This document shows positions 49,732-62,820 of a stretch of DNA of 64,000 nt, piece by piece; positions within the stretch are counted from its first letter, which is position 1, and the number at the start of each line of letters is the position of its first letter. This stretch comes from Xylographa opegraphella (taxonomy: Eukaryota), in assembly GCA_022813865.1 (NCBI GenBank), contig JALDZX010000006.1, forward strand, positions 62,001-126,000, given 5' to 3'. A program made the position numbers and the translations under genes. Under the pieces are notes generated by a model. The model ran no database searches, was not told the origin of the DNA, and saw only the letters and a list, made by a program, of their open reading frames with translations.

Positions 49732-51298
49732 ATGTCTCTCCGCCTCCCCTCCGCTCTTCCCGCCTCTCTTGCTCTTGGCGCCCTAGGCACACTCTCCCTT
49801 CTCTACATCTACACCCGCCCCTCCGCTCCCTCCACCACATCTCCTCCGTCACCACCCCCGGGCCAGGGTCCACCCAACTCCATTCCGTCCCCCGTCCATA
49901 CTCTATTCCCGCACCTCACGCCCGCTGAGCAATCTGCGCTGCCCTACCCTCCAGACCTTTTCCCCGGCGCACGAGATGTGGAGTCGCCGTATGGATCGCT
50001 GCGGGTGTATGAATGGGGTCCGGAGGAGGGCCGGAAGGTTCTACTCGTGCACGGCATCAGTACTCCTTGCTTGAGCTTAGGGGCAATTGCTGAAGGGCTT
50101 GTCGAGGGAGGGGCCAGAGTGATGCTTCTCGGTGAGTAAGGTGGTGGTTTCTGCTTGTACGTTGTATCGCCTTCGAGGCTTTTACCAACGCAATGATAAA
50201 TCATGTATCGAGGACCCAATCAGACCCTCGGATACCGTAGCAGCTGTCATTTTTCTTATCAATCCCTTACATCGCCCAAGAAACTCTCATTCTTCGATCG
50301 TCCTTCACCGCCCCCAGTACTCCAGCTTTCTCAATTCCACCCTACCTCCGTCAAAACCCCATCCTCTATCTCCCCTTCCACCCCCTCACCTCCCCGCTCA
50401 CACCACCACCCCCACAGACCTCTGGGGCCGCGGCTACAGCGCCACGCCCCTCCTGCCGCACGACCCCCGCCTCTACACCACCGCCCTCCTCATCGCGCTC
50501 GCCTCCTCCCCCCTCTCCTGGACGGGCGCCTCCGCCACCTTCTCGCTAGTCGGCTACTCCCTCGGTGGCGGCATCTGCGCCACCTTCACCGCCTACTTCC
50601 CCACCCTGGTCTCATCCCTCATCCTGATCGCGCCCGCGGGGCTCATCCGGCCGCACCGCTTCAGCGCCCTCAACCGCCTCACGTACACGCTGCCGGACTG
50701 GGTGCTCGAGCCGATGATCAAGCGGCGCCTGAAGCGCGGCCCCGCCGCTGCCACGGCTGTGAATCCAAAGGGCACGAATGCCGGCTCGGACGCCGACGCT
50801 GTGGAGGAGGGAGGATCCTTCGACGCAGCGGTGCTGTCGACGCGTCGGCCGGGCGTCACGGTCAAAGACGCAGTGGTACGCCTCTCCCGCCCTACCCATC
50901 CAACCCCGAAAACCCACTAACCCTTCCCCCCCCCCCAGACATGGCAAGTAACCAGCCACCACGGCTTCGTCCAGTCCTTCATCTCCAGCGTGCGGCACGG
51001 GCCCATCTCCGGGCAGCACGCCGACTGGCGGCGCATTGGCGCGCGGCTGCAGGCCCAGCACGCGGCGGCGGCGGGAGATGCGGAGCGGGCGGCGCGGATG
51101 GGCCTGCGGGAAGGCAAGGTGCTGGTGGTGTGCGGGCAGAGCGACCCCGTGATCGATCGGGTGGAGCTGGTGGCGGATGCGTCGGAGGTGCTGCAGGGGC
51201 ATGTGAGGGTCGAGACGTGCGAGGCGGGGCACGAGGTGCCGATCACGAGGAGCGAGGAGGTGGTGGGGTATATTTGGGATTTTTGGGGCGGGAGGTAA
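49732..51298 (+). CDS. Alpha/beta-fold serine hydrolase with N-terminal membrane anchor, 3 exons
   Basis: Hydrophobic N-terminus, VLLVHGISTP, DLWGRGYS, nucleophile elbow GYSLGG, CGQSDPVI and AGHEVP. Confidence 0.9.
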
Positions 51299-51650
51299 GG
51301 GGGGTGGGGGCGGAGGGGGTTGAGTGTTTGGCGGTTATGGGAGAAGATTTGCTAGTGTAGTGGTTGCCAACTCTTCGTGTGTCAAATGGTTTGATAACGG
51401 ATAGTTCTTTGATGAACATGTCATTGTTGACATGGATCGTTATGGTATTCACACAATATTGAGCTAGGAATGCTCGAGCCTAGGTACACATATATAACTC
51501 TCCCCGGGCCACCCCGCTCGCCACCCAACCACTCGATCATCCAATGCTTTAGGCCGTGATCCATATAACCAATAACCATTCCCGAATGTCCAAAACTATC
51601 GCTCAACGTCCAACTCCACGCTCCAAATCCTAATCCTATCTTGGTTACAT

Positions 51651-52468
51651 CTAGACGTAATATTGACCTCTACTGTCCCTCGAGCTCCGGCGTTGCGATC
51701 CGCTTCTCGAGTGCCCACGCCTATTTCTCTCGGTCAGTAAACGCATCGCGGCACAAAAAAAACATCATCTCTGTCTAGAGCTTACCTCGATCCATGGCTT
51801 CTTCGCCTGTACACCTCCTTTTCAACCACCACATTTTTCTCATGCCTATGCATCAACACCGCCAGAATGGCCGTGATGAAGAAGAATATACAGTTCATGA
51901 TGCCGAACGCCCACGAGGCTTTCAGCATCGTGCACGTCTTGTTCGCGTTCACCGAAAATGGGGTGTAGTTGATGTCCAACGGGGAGATCGTGACCGTGCC
52001 ACCAGACGAGGAGACTCCCCCCGTGGATGAGACGCCCCCGGAGGTATCCACACAATTGGCATTAGCGATGCCGCGTAGAGTGTAGACGGCCCCGATGAAG
52101 GCCCCGACGAAACAGAGGTCGACAAAGGCAACGAAGCCAGCGGAATCGCGGGTCGAGTGTCGCCGGAAGAGGGTCACGAGCGCCCAGACGGCGGCGAGGA
52201 CGGAGACGATGAAGAGGACGCTGATGGTGACGTGTTAGGAGTTGAGCTCGTCCAAGGGCCGCAGTTGCGCGCGGGGACGACTTACAGGATGTAATTTGGA
52301 GTGAGTTGGTTCTGATTAACATAGCCATTGACGAAGTAGGCCTGCGATCGGTCAGTGTTTGATTCGTACCTAGAAAGAGACCAGGAGGCGTACCAGCATG
52401 CCCAGCGTCGGGATCAAGGTGACGACTTCGAGCATCCTGAAAATGCTGAAGATCCATCCGGAAATCAT
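51651..52468 (-). CDS. MARVEL-like 4-TM membrane protein, 4 exons
   Basis: Spliced MISGWIFSIFRMLEVVTLIPTLGML|AYFVNGY..|VLFIVSVLAAVW..FVDLCFVGAFI..CTMLKASWAFGIMNCIFF, then an Arg/Ser-rich tail ending YYV*. Confidence 0.82.
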
Positions 52469-53501
52469 CGTTGCGAGTGCTGATGAAGTAGACGACTATA
52501 GCGCCGAAGATGATGATGGACGATCAACCTGTGGAAGTTGTCTTGCGAGAGACGAAACCTCAGGATGGTTCACTGGCGGAAGTGGTGGAAGATAACACTG
52601 GTTACGAAACACTTCGCGGATAGCCGGGTTGATGCGAAAAGACGGGGAAATCTGTAAGGCGTCTGGTTGGGCTGATGGTGATATACAAGCCGTTGCCCGT
52701 CGGTGGTTCTGGAGACAGAAAGCTTCGCAAAGTGCAGGAAGGTAGGCCCGGGCGCTGTCGAAGCTCTTGATAATGAGTTTCGCTGGCAGTGGGGAGACTA
52801 GCGTGTTCTATTCACAGAACTGAAAAACGGTCGTAAATGAAAGCTGATAAGTATTCTACTCTTTACAATTCATAGGACAAGAATACAAACGGAAGATATC
52901 GACAACTAACTATACAGACACGAGGCTGAATACATTCGTGGGGGAGAGTCTCCTCTTCGAGATCTTCTTGTATGCTTATTGCGAGGCTGGGCGTTTGATA
53001 GCGGGGTGGTTGGGCGGCGGGAAACAGCAACGTTTCGGCCGGGAAAACTTGGTTCGGGTCGGCAGCCTGCCTTATCGGGGGCCTAAAGCCCTAGAGCCAC
53101 GTCGGAACTTGGTTGCTTCCCTTTCCTGACATCGCATCGCCCTTCGGATACCACAACCGTGAGATGGCGCTAAATTATGGAGTATCAGTGGAGATCCAGT
53201 CTTGCGAAAAGCAGGAGAAAAGCAGGATTGAACTTAATGGCAAACCTTGTACCTCTGTGCGACTGGACAAGCTTTTGGTATTATGATTCACGACCACTCT
53301 TCGGAACATATCCGCGTTGAGGAAAACTTGCTATTTGTATGGTAGCTCCTCGTTGAACCGTCACAGCTTTACCAGCAGTCGACCCGGCAACAAAGGACTG
53401 GCGTACACATACTATCTACTTACATAGTTTCAATCCTTCCTTAATGGCTGCTTGGAAGCCGTGGCAAAGCCAGATCAACCTGTTCCGGCCCAAGACCAAA
53501 A

Positions 53502-54928
53502 CTAAAGGCGGTTGAACCGACAGTTTGCGCAAGCATACATGCTACAAACCCGGCACCGGAAGAGAAAATGTGGAAAAAGTCCCTCGCAATTCTCGCACCG
53601 TCCGCCAACTCGGCTTCGTACCCAGTTTTCGTGGCCGCAGTCTGCGTGCTCCAGCAGATCGTGTATCCTACGCATCATGAGTTCCCAAGCTTGCGCCACA
53701 TCAGGCGCTAGGTGTCGACCGGCCACCAGGTTTGCTCGTTCCAACAACCGCTCCTCATCCCAAAGCCGACAGTGACAGTTGTCGGACTTCCAAGGGCGAG
53801 CGCAAAGGTAACAAAATTCTGCACTGCAATGGCATCTATAGCATATTCAGAACGCAGTGATTGGTGAAGGGGTAAGAGTAGTTGGAACATACGTTATGTG
53901 ATTGCAGCCTTGCACAAGCTCCACGAAGCGTTTGCAGCGATAGCATCGTTGCCAGCCCGCTTCCTGGGCAACAACGACCAATTGTTGCGAAGCTACATCC
54001 TCTGGGCAGTCCTGCGATCCGTGTGAGCAGTTCTTGCAAAACGTGCAGGTCGAAAGGCCACAATCAAGACACAGACCGATCTCGTTGTTGATGTTTCCTG
54101 GCGGTATGAAAGCAGCACAGGGGATCCAAGCGCAGTATGTTCGGTTTGGTGTTGTGTATTCCAAAGCTTTGGCCTCAAATTGTCTCACGAATTCTTCGGT
54201 GAAGAACACCGAGGCTGCCGCCAAGGGGATAGTCTTGCGACAGCAGCGAGGAGGAAATAGTGATTCATCGCGAGTGGCCATGAGAAATAGTTGCTTGACG
54301 CAGGCCTTGCAGTAGTCGTGGCCGCATGGCCCGTATACTGCATCGAAGTATGCGACACTCTCTTGACAAGAAGCACATGTCTTCATTACCCCGATGACAT
54401 CTTCATTCTTGACACTGAGTTTCACTTGCGGTTGGTTATGTACTGATAGCTGCGATGTCGGAGCCAAGTCGACAATGTTGGAAGATATGGTGTTGAGGGA
54501 TTCCAGTCGGCCGATGACTACATCTTCTGTCTCTTCCGTAAGACCGACGATCGAAGCTGGAAGGTTTGGATCACGCTCGCCTTCCATACGAAAAGTGTTC
54601 TCTCTATCTGGAATCTCAAGTTGTTCCTGCAGTCCGGCAGTTCGCAGAACGCTGCCATCCTGCTGCACAGCCCTTGCGATACTGCGGGCCATGCGCCCAT
54701 CTCGAAGCATGTCCAGCTTGGCTGCAACTTGGTCGCGATACGCGATTAAAGCTGTGTCCCCATCAGACCTCATTGATGTAGCGTCGGAGTTATCGGTAGT
54801 GGCGATTAGTGCTTCGAGATCCTTCCAGATGTGTGAGTCTGTTTCAGTGATACCGCTGTTGCTCATACAACAGCACTTACCTGCAGCTGCAACGACAGAG
54901 ACAGTTCTTCGGTATCTTCATCCATCAT
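53502..54928 (-). CDS. RBR (RING-IBR-RING) E3 ubiquitin ligase, 3 exons
   Basis: MMDEDTEELSLSLQLQ|DLEAL start, RING1 CASC..PCGHDYC..DESLFPPRCC, IBR RTYCAWIPC, RING2 WQRCYRC..GCNHIT|CHCSAEFCYLC, and an extra C-terminal Cys cluster. Confidence 0.92.
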
Positions 54929-57078
54929 GAAACCATGTGGATTTAGGATCCACACAATCCACAGCGGATGTGAAGCTTGTAAGGTTGATTCAGAGCAGTT
55001 CCAACCCACCGCTATGTAGGTAGGCTAGCAAAGCTCTAATGCCAAGACAACCAGCACTCCATATACGCTGTCATGTGATGATCAAATAAGACAACACCGC
55101 TGAAGTAATGCGAGGTAGGAGGAGGGCGAAGATCTTTAAATCTTATAGGTGCTATGGGCTGCTCACCCCCTGCATAGGCTTTTGAGCTCGCAGGCTCCCT
55201 CGAACCTCGCTTGGGTCTGTCAGAGTTCAGCACTCGATCAAACACGATGTTGTTGTGAAGGTCCCGGTTCGAAATCGTCGACGAGTTTTGGTATGAGCAC
55301 TCTTGAATTAGGCGAGCACAGAATCCAGATTGCTATATGACCCGTTCTTTATATGATTCGCATCTTCAATTTCATTACTTGTACCTTTCGTCATGGGTGG
55401 TGACCATGAGAGATCATTTTACACAGCATGCCAACAGAGAGACACCAGTGAAGCCTGCAGTTGTCCTCTTCGAAGAATACAGATGCTTGTGTTGGTCCAT
55501 GTAACAGCCATCTCCTTCTGTTCAGTGACCTACCAGTCAGATGCCTCCTCTGGCTTGAAGCTTTGCATGCACCATGAGTTCCGACAATTTGGTCATTAGA
55601 AGTACAGTAAAAGGCATGAAGTACAAGAAGTTTGCCCCATGTAGAAAGAAGTACGATCGTTTCTTCAATATCTTGACTATAGGGAATTGTGATGCTTATA
55701 AAGTGACAACGTCAATCACATCAAAAGGTGTGTTCTGCTCAGCCAGGGCTGTGCCCAACCATCAATGCGCGCCTCAACAACCTCGCCAGTCATTAAGCTC
55801 GTTATGAACGATATAGCGGGCCTTTCCATCGAAGCTGTTACTCCGGATCTTTGATGAGTCGGCGCGATGGCCTCGGCTGAGTCTTTCGTCGTGGCCAGAC
55901 TCGGAGTTGATGGCCTCCATACCCATTTGGCCAGCAAAAGCAACAGCAACGCCAGAGTGGCCGCACGACAAGCCGCAGATTTTGGCCATACAAATCAATT
56001 ACAGGCAACAGCTCGTTGACTTTTCTGGGGTGTCCCGATGCGCAGACTGGTCTTGTTCGTCTTCGAAAAAACCATCGAGTACTCCTTGACTCGATTCGCA
56101 GGCTGAGGCCTCATATAGACAAAAGAACGGTCATTACTTTCATACAAACAAATATCAACGGTATATATTTACGCAATGCGGCAAGTACAAAGAAGCAGAA
56201 ATTTTATATCTATCGCAGAGCAGTCAAGCAGTGAAGGTTTCGCTATATATACGAGTGAGATCTGCTGGTATGAGGGAAGGGTTTTACCCGCTCAAATTCG
56301 TTATCACCAGCTTGGCTGTTCTTGAGGGGGTTTCAATGAAAAATGATGAGATATTTTCTGAATGCGTGACAGCTCAAAGGCCGTCGACTGGTTAGCAGGA
56401 GTGGAGGATAGAGAACTCCAAGAATTTCATGGTCACCATGGTCATCAATACCCTCCGCTTCAGGAGCAAGCATTCTGTTTTGCCTGCTAAATACTCCGTA
56501 CATCCAGCAATTTGCGTTAAGGATAGTCGCGGAACTTTCTTTTCGATCCGTGATCAGCCCGAGACCGATCTGACTCCGGTTAAAGTCATAGCGAAGATGA
56601 TTCGACAGCTTTGACCTTCAGCGGCTATCCCACTCAATGGCCAAGTGATCCTTGAAGCTGCCGTCGTATCACGCTGACGTCCCTCCCACGTCGTGAACTG
56701 CCGTTACAGGCCATAGTTCACCCACGGCCGGAATATGACATCAAGTCCGGTCGCAACGTTGATCAGTAAGATACATTTCTATCTCACGCACCTTTGCTCA
56801 GTCAGGGAATGATGGTAGGGCGGTCAGGAACCAACGTCATATCTTGTTGCGAGAGAGCTAGCTTGTTATGGTCTAGCCACACAGTAACAAGTGCTCCGGT
56901 AGAAGTGTCGATAGTAGAGAAGGTGCCGTTAGTAATCGTCCAGCGCTGAAATGACACCACGCACTCGCACCAAAGCTCAATCCTCAAGATCTTCCAGCAT
57001 TTAGCTGGGCTGGGCTCACTCGCATATGCAACATAGAAGTTGAGTGGCGTCTGTCTTTGCCGGTGTGCCCCGTATGGT

Positions 57079-57207
57079 CCCCGCAACTGCCAATGCAAGG
57101 AACCACTAGTCGTGGAGATCCCCGCACGAATGTACCAAGAGAGTACGTTTAGCACGAAAGTGACCAGTCTATCTTGCTCCACAGTTAGATTCGAGATGTG
57201 TATAAAG
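57079..57207. promoter_or_regulatory. Cluster of CreA-type SYGGRG sites plus TATA box upstream of the beta-xylosidase
   Basis: GCGGGG (minus) at 57079-57084, GTGGAG at 57112-57117, GCGGGG (minus) at 57120-57125 and TATAAAG at 57201-57207. ATG is at 57317. Confidence 0.45.
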
Positions 57208-57316
57208 AGGCAGTTCAGTCCTGATGGACTGATACCTGAAGCTGTCTGGCTTGGTGAAGTTGTGGTTCCCCCTGCTGCTCTGATATATGTTGTTTGGTAA
57301 CTGCATTCGTATCACG

Positions 57317-59941
57317 ATGTCGTGGATTTTCTTGTCTTCATACGTGCTATTGCATCTGCTTTTACAGGCTTCAGCCGAGTTTCCAGATTGTCAAAATGGG
57401 CCAATGCTTTTACGCACCAATCTTGTGTGCAATACCACAGCCCCTTTTCAAGCAAGAGCCTCGGCCATAATCAGTGCAATGACATTGGCCGAGAAGATTA
57501 ACAACACAGGAAGCACATCTCCTGGCGTGCCTCGTCTGGGTCTCCCGCCGTATCAGTGGTGGCAAGAAGGTACCATCTGCCATGAGATCTCTGCTTTCAC
57601 GTAAGGCTGACATTCCTTGTTCTCAGCGCTCCATGGTGTTGCATCTTCACCTGGCGTCAACTTCTCATCCTCGGGGAACTACTCTTATGCCACAAGCTTT
57701 CCGCAGCCCATTATCATGGGGGCTGCATTTGACGACGCTTTGATAGAAGCTGTTGCAACCGTAATCAGCACAGAAGGGCGAGCTTTCAACAATGGAAATC
57801 GTTCCGGACTTGATTTTTGGACGCCGAACATCAATCCATACAAAGATCCGCGCTGGGGAAGAGGCCAAGAAACACCCGGCGAAGACCCCTTTCACTTGAA
57901 AAGTTATGTCAATAGTCTTATTCATGGGTTACAGGGTGGTCAGAACCCGGCTATCAAGAAGGTAATAGCGACCTGCAAGCATTTTGCTGCTTATGATCTT
58001 GAGAGCTGGGAGGGTAACTACCGTTATCAATTCAATGCTATCGTGCCCACTCAGGATCTCGTGGAGTACTATCTTCAGCCGTTTCAACAATGTGCACGTG
58101 ACTCCAACGTCGGTGCAGCCATGTGTAGCTATAACGCGGTGAACGGAGTGCCTTCTTGCGCAGACGACTACCTGCTGCAGACCATTCTGAGAGAACATTG
58201 GGGATGGACGAATGATAACCAGTGGGTAACGTCGGATTGTGACGCGGTAAGCTTCGTATTCCTTGCACGGGTCTCGCACGAATTTTCCTATTGCGACTCA
58301 TCATTCTAAGAACTGTTGTCTAATTGATAACGAAAACAGATTCAGAATATCTTCATGCCGCATGAGTACACACAAACCCGTGAGCAGGCTGTTGCAGATG
58401 CTCTCATTGCTGGTGTAAGTGACTTATTCGAAGTATGATGCACCATGCTCATAAATTGATACAGACGGATGTCAATTGTGGCGAGTACTATCAACAACAC
58501 CTTCCAGCAGCGATTGCGCAAGGTCTAGTCAACGAGACTTCCCTGGATCAAGCATTGGTTCGACAATATAGTTCACTCGTGAAGCTCGGCTACTTTGATG
58601 GCCCTAGTGCTATGTATCGAAATCTTTCTTGGAGCGACGTTGGCACGCCTGCATCACTAAAATTGGCGTATACAGCTGCGGTGGAGGGTGTCACTCTACT
58701 AAAGAACGACAAACAGACCCTACCTCTAAATATTGCAAACATCTCGTCAATTGCTATCCTCGGCGACTGGGCGAACGCAACAACGCAGTTACTTGGGAAC
58801 TACTATGGTATCCCGCCTTACTTTCATAGCCCGCTCTTTGCTGCGCAGCAGTTGAAGAATAGTACCGGTAATATCACCGTGAATTATGGATCAGGACCTA
58901 CACAAGGAAACCCGACGACCGATAATTGGGACGTTCCACTTAATGCGGCCATGGAAAGCGATGTTGTTGTTTACCTCGGTGGCATTGACATCAGTGTAGA
59001 AAGTGAAGGCATGGATCGATATTCTATCAACTGGCAAGGGTTTCAGATCGATTTGATCAACCAGGTGTGCGCTATGGGGAAACCATGTATCCTCGTATCC
59101 ATGGGCGATCAGCTGGATCAGACTCCATTCATCAACAATCCCAACATATCTGCAATACTATGGGGCGGTTATCCTGGCATGTCTGGCGGCGACGCAATCA
59201 TCAATCTTCTGACTGGAGTAGAAGCACCTGCCGGCCGTCTGCCGGTGACTCAATATCCCGCAGACTATGTCAACCAGGTTGCGATGACAGATATGACTCT
59301 CCGTCCAGGAGAAAACAACCCTGGCCGAACGTATATCTGGTACGATTTGAGATCCTTGCACTTTACTACAGCCCCTGATACTAAGATTAATGCTATGCAG
59401 GTATAACGGCACTGCGGTGTACCCGTTCGGCTACGGTCTCCATTACACCAACTTCACCACCGCATTCGCCCCAACCGAGAACACGACCGCTTCTTACGCC
59501 ATCTCAAGCCTGGTACAAGGCTGCAGCGCCGCTCATCTGGACCTGTGCCCCTTCAAGACATTCCCCATCACCGTCACCAACACAGGGCCGACAATGAGCG
59601 ATTTCGTCACGTTGGGATTCATCACCGGACAATACGGACCGACCCCGTATCCCAACAAGCAACTCGTGGCGTATACGCGACTGCACAATGTCACCGCCGG
59701 TACCCCCCAGGTCGCACACCTCCCCTTGACGCTGGGCAGTCTTGCTCGCGTCGATGAGCAAGGCAACACCGTCCTCTATCCGGGGAATTACGCACTACTC
59801 ATCGACGAACCTACCCAATCGGTCCTGAATTTCACGCTGACCGGCTCCGAAATGGTCCTGGATGCTTGGCCGCAGCCTCCAGCTAGCAATGCGACCATGA
59901 GCCGCAAGTCCAAGGGCGTGGACCATGAGAGCTGGTTCTGA
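57317..59941 (+). CDS. Secreted GH3 beta-xylosidase (xlnD/bxl type), multi-exon
   Basis: Signal peptide, FPDCQNG, GVPRLGLPPYQWWQE|ALHGVA, RWGRGQETPGEDP, CKHFAAYDLE, nucleophile TSDCDAV, ESEGMDR and YPFGYGLHYT. Confidence 0.96.
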
Positions 59942-60642
59942 TAGCTGCGCGTATATTCACTGCTGGATATGTCACTGTGTCCTAAGGAACAGGCCGATGT
60001 GTCTATTATATATATAATCTATCAGAGAAGGGTAGAAGCAAGCCTGCTTTTTCAATCATGACACCAAACATTCCATCTCCATATTCCCAACCCCAATCCA
60101 TAACCCCTTGAAAAGCATTTTGCACAATTAGGAAATCTTTGTCACGCACCGACCAGCCAGAGCTCACAGTTCCTATAATCGAAACATAGAACCTACAACC
60201 ACCTTGATGCAAGAATGTAGAACTGCAGCTGCAGAAGTCCTTCAGTGCCTCCCCAGTAGCTCGCTCTTACAGGTGCTAACGCCTTAGCTTCAATTGCTGT
60301 AGCTCTAAGTAGCACATCTAAGCCCAGGCTGGCGCTTCCGTCTCGAACACACGTGGTCACGGAATTAATAGCAGCATGGTAATAGTCGTCTCTAGTGGGC
60401 CGACGAAAGGATCTGGTTGGGCTGATTGTGGGTCGGCGTCAGCATCGGGAGATACAAGGGCGAGTGAAGGGGTGAGCGAAGGCATGATTTGGGACAGAGC
60501 TTGGTAATACAAGTAGAGGGTGGCGCTGGAGCGTGATAATCCAGACCCCCCTTTTAGGTTATAGGACGAGTCGCTTTTTGTCGTAGTAACACATTCATAT
60601 TTTTACGCTGCTGAACCAAACAACCCTCCTTTTACCCCCTCC

Positions 60643-62298
60643 CTACTCCTCCTTTGCAAGAAACTCCCCGACGACCCTCGCAAACTCCTTCGGCTGTTCC
60701 ACCATCGGCAAGTGCCCCGCGCTCGGGATGACCTCCAACTCCGCCCCGCCTCCCAGGTTTCCCGCCATCTCCTTCATCGTCTTCGGCAGCACCCCATCCT
60801 CGCCACCCACCACGAACAGGCCCCGGACCTTGCACGCGCTCATCTCCTCCCTGACATCGTACTCGAACAGCGCCTCCACGCTCCTCCTGAACCCCTCCAG
60901 ACTGTTTGCCGCCACCACCGCCTTCACGCGCTCGTACTCGGCGCCCCCGTGACTCTGAGGCACGAACCACCGCTTGACCGTCATCTCCGCCAGCTGATTT
61001 CCGACAACAGGTTCGCCCTGAGCGGAGACTGCAGCTTCCTTTTCCGCGACGGCGATGCGCTCGCCCCAGCTGCTGCGGTTACTAGCGGGCGCCACGGCGT
61101 TGGTGTCGCAGGCGATAAAGGTGCCGACACGGGCGGGGTAGTGCAACGCGGTTTTGAGAACGGTGGCGCCGCCGAGGGAGACACCGATGAGGGCGGCGGC
61201 GCGGGGTACGCGCAGGGCGTCGAGGAGGTGGATGATGTCGGCGGCGAGGACGGCGAGGGTGGCTGGGTGGGCACTCCCCACGTGGGACGTGCGGCCGCGA
61301 GTGTCGTAGCGCAGTATGCGGTACTTGTGGCTGATCTGGTTGAGCGAGAAGAGAGCGAGGAAAGGGAGCCAGATTGAGGAGTCGACGAGGATGGAGTTAC
61401 TGAGGAGGAGGAGAGGTGCCTGCGGGTGCGTGGAGCTGGTGAGGGTATAGTTGAGCTGGGCGCCGTCAGGGGTCGTGATGTAGGATGATATGGAGGGAGT
61501 AGGGGAGGAGGAAGCCGGGAGTGTCGATGTGAGGGCGTCGAGGGAGGTAAGGGGAATGGCGGACGTGGAGGCGAGAGGTGCGAGATCTCGCGGCGCTGGA
61601 GAGAAGATGTAGTGCAGTGTATAGCTCCTGCGTACGACGTGCGTAACCACACTGCTCATGATGGACTCGTACCACGGCGTGCTGACGGATGCCTTCCACT
61701 CCGGACCGCCGAGCCCGTTCGTGGGGCTGTACTCGTGCACGGCGAGATACTCGATATCCGTCGCACTCTCGGCCGCGGAGGTCTGGAACAGCCGCGTGCG
61801 CTGCCAGCCGGGGATCTTCGACAGCAGCGGGATATGTTCGTCCGCATACCAGCTCTGCAGCTCTTGACGTTTGTCGGGGTGAACGTTCAGGCGCAGGACG
61901 ACAAGGACATTCCCGGCGGGTTCCGAGGTTATGGCCTCGAGGGGCGTGAACGAGGGCGCTTGCTGGCTGGTGACAAAATCATAGATGAGTCGGCCGACGG
62001 TGATTTGCTTCATGGTGTCCTTCTCCCGTTGTGTCTTGACGCGGTCGGTGCGCAGAGTCGTGTAAGGCTCTTTGACGAGCTCCGCTGTGTCGGTCACATC
62101 GTAGATAGCCAGCCATTCTGGGAGGCCCTTGCCAGAGCCATCGAGATCGTTGGCGCGGTAGCGGAAACCGTTGGTGAAGAAGGGCAGACGCAGACGGAGC
62201 GGGGCGTGCTCGTTATTCCACCAGTCGTCGAATTGGGCGGAGGGGAGACTGGTGTGCGGAGCCATGGTCACGTAGAGGAGGCCGGGAGTAGTGGCCAT
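60643..62298 (-). CDS. Two EthD-like dimeric alpha/beta-barrel domains fused to a PcaD-like enol-lactone hydrolase; probable 3-carboxymuconolactone hydrolase/decarboxylase (ChdA-type)
   Basis: Repeated FDDWWNNEHAPLRL / LQSWYADEHIPLLSKIPGW motifs, then hydrolase LSNSIL, RYDTRG, IGVSLGG, GGEDGVL and AGHLPMVE. Confidence 0.85.
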   Translation of the reverse strand: MATTPGLLYVTMAPHTSLPSAQFDDWWNNEHAPLRLRLPFFTNGFRYRANDLDGSGKGLPEWLAIYDVTDTAELVKEPYTTLRTDRVKTQREKDTMKQITVGRLIYDFVTSQQAPSFTPLEAITSEPAGNVLVVLRLNVHPDKRQELQSWYADEHIPLLSKIPGWQRTRLFQTSAAESATDIEYLAVHEYSPTNGLGGPEWKASVSTPWYESIMSSVVTHVVRRSYTLHYIFSPAPRDLAPLASTSAIPLTSLDALTSTLPASSSPTPSISSYITTPDGAQLNYTLTSSTHPQAPLLLLSNSILVDSSIWLPFLALFSLNQISHKYRILRYDTRGRTSHVGSAHPATLAVLAADIIHLLDALRVPRAAALIGVSLGGATVLKTALHYPARVGTFIACDTNAVAPASNRSSWGERIAVAEKEAAVSAQGEPVVGNQLAEMTVKRWFVPQSHGGAEYERVKAVVAANSLEGFRRSVEALFEYDVREEMSACKVRGLFVVGGEDGVLPKTMKEMAGNLGGGAELEVIPSAGHLPMVEQPKEFARVVGEFLAKEE

Positions 62299-62820
62299 GT
62301 TGACGAATTTGCTTCAATCAGCTGAGAGGTTCAATTGAAGTGCTTCAGGCTTGGGTGTGGTGTTTTGGGGACGTGAGCAGCGATTGTGAGAGAAACTTCC
62401 ATGAATAATGGGTATGGAGCACTGAAGTCACGGTAGTCCTCAATCAATGCTCCTGTCCGGTGCCCACTGCCGAGCCTTGAAGCGGGCGGTTGGTCATGAC
62501 ATAGAATCACGTGTTGAGCCATTGATGGAATCCCTCAAAACCGAGACCTCGATTGGTATCTTCGGGGCAACTCGGGCAACCAGCCTGCTGTCGATGACCA
62601 TGAAACAACGCTCCCTTCTTGGAGTGAGCAGAAAAAGGAACGAATCCTTCTTCTATTACAGCCTCTTCTAGGGGTGATGCTAACCGGATAGAGACTAGTT
62701 CCAGTATTTGCCCCTGAGTTCGAGGTTACTCCAACCTGAATTCCGATGGCAATTACAGTCTGATCTGCTATGTAATACTGGTATTTGGTACGGCAATTGT
62801 ACACAGCTTCTATCCTACCG

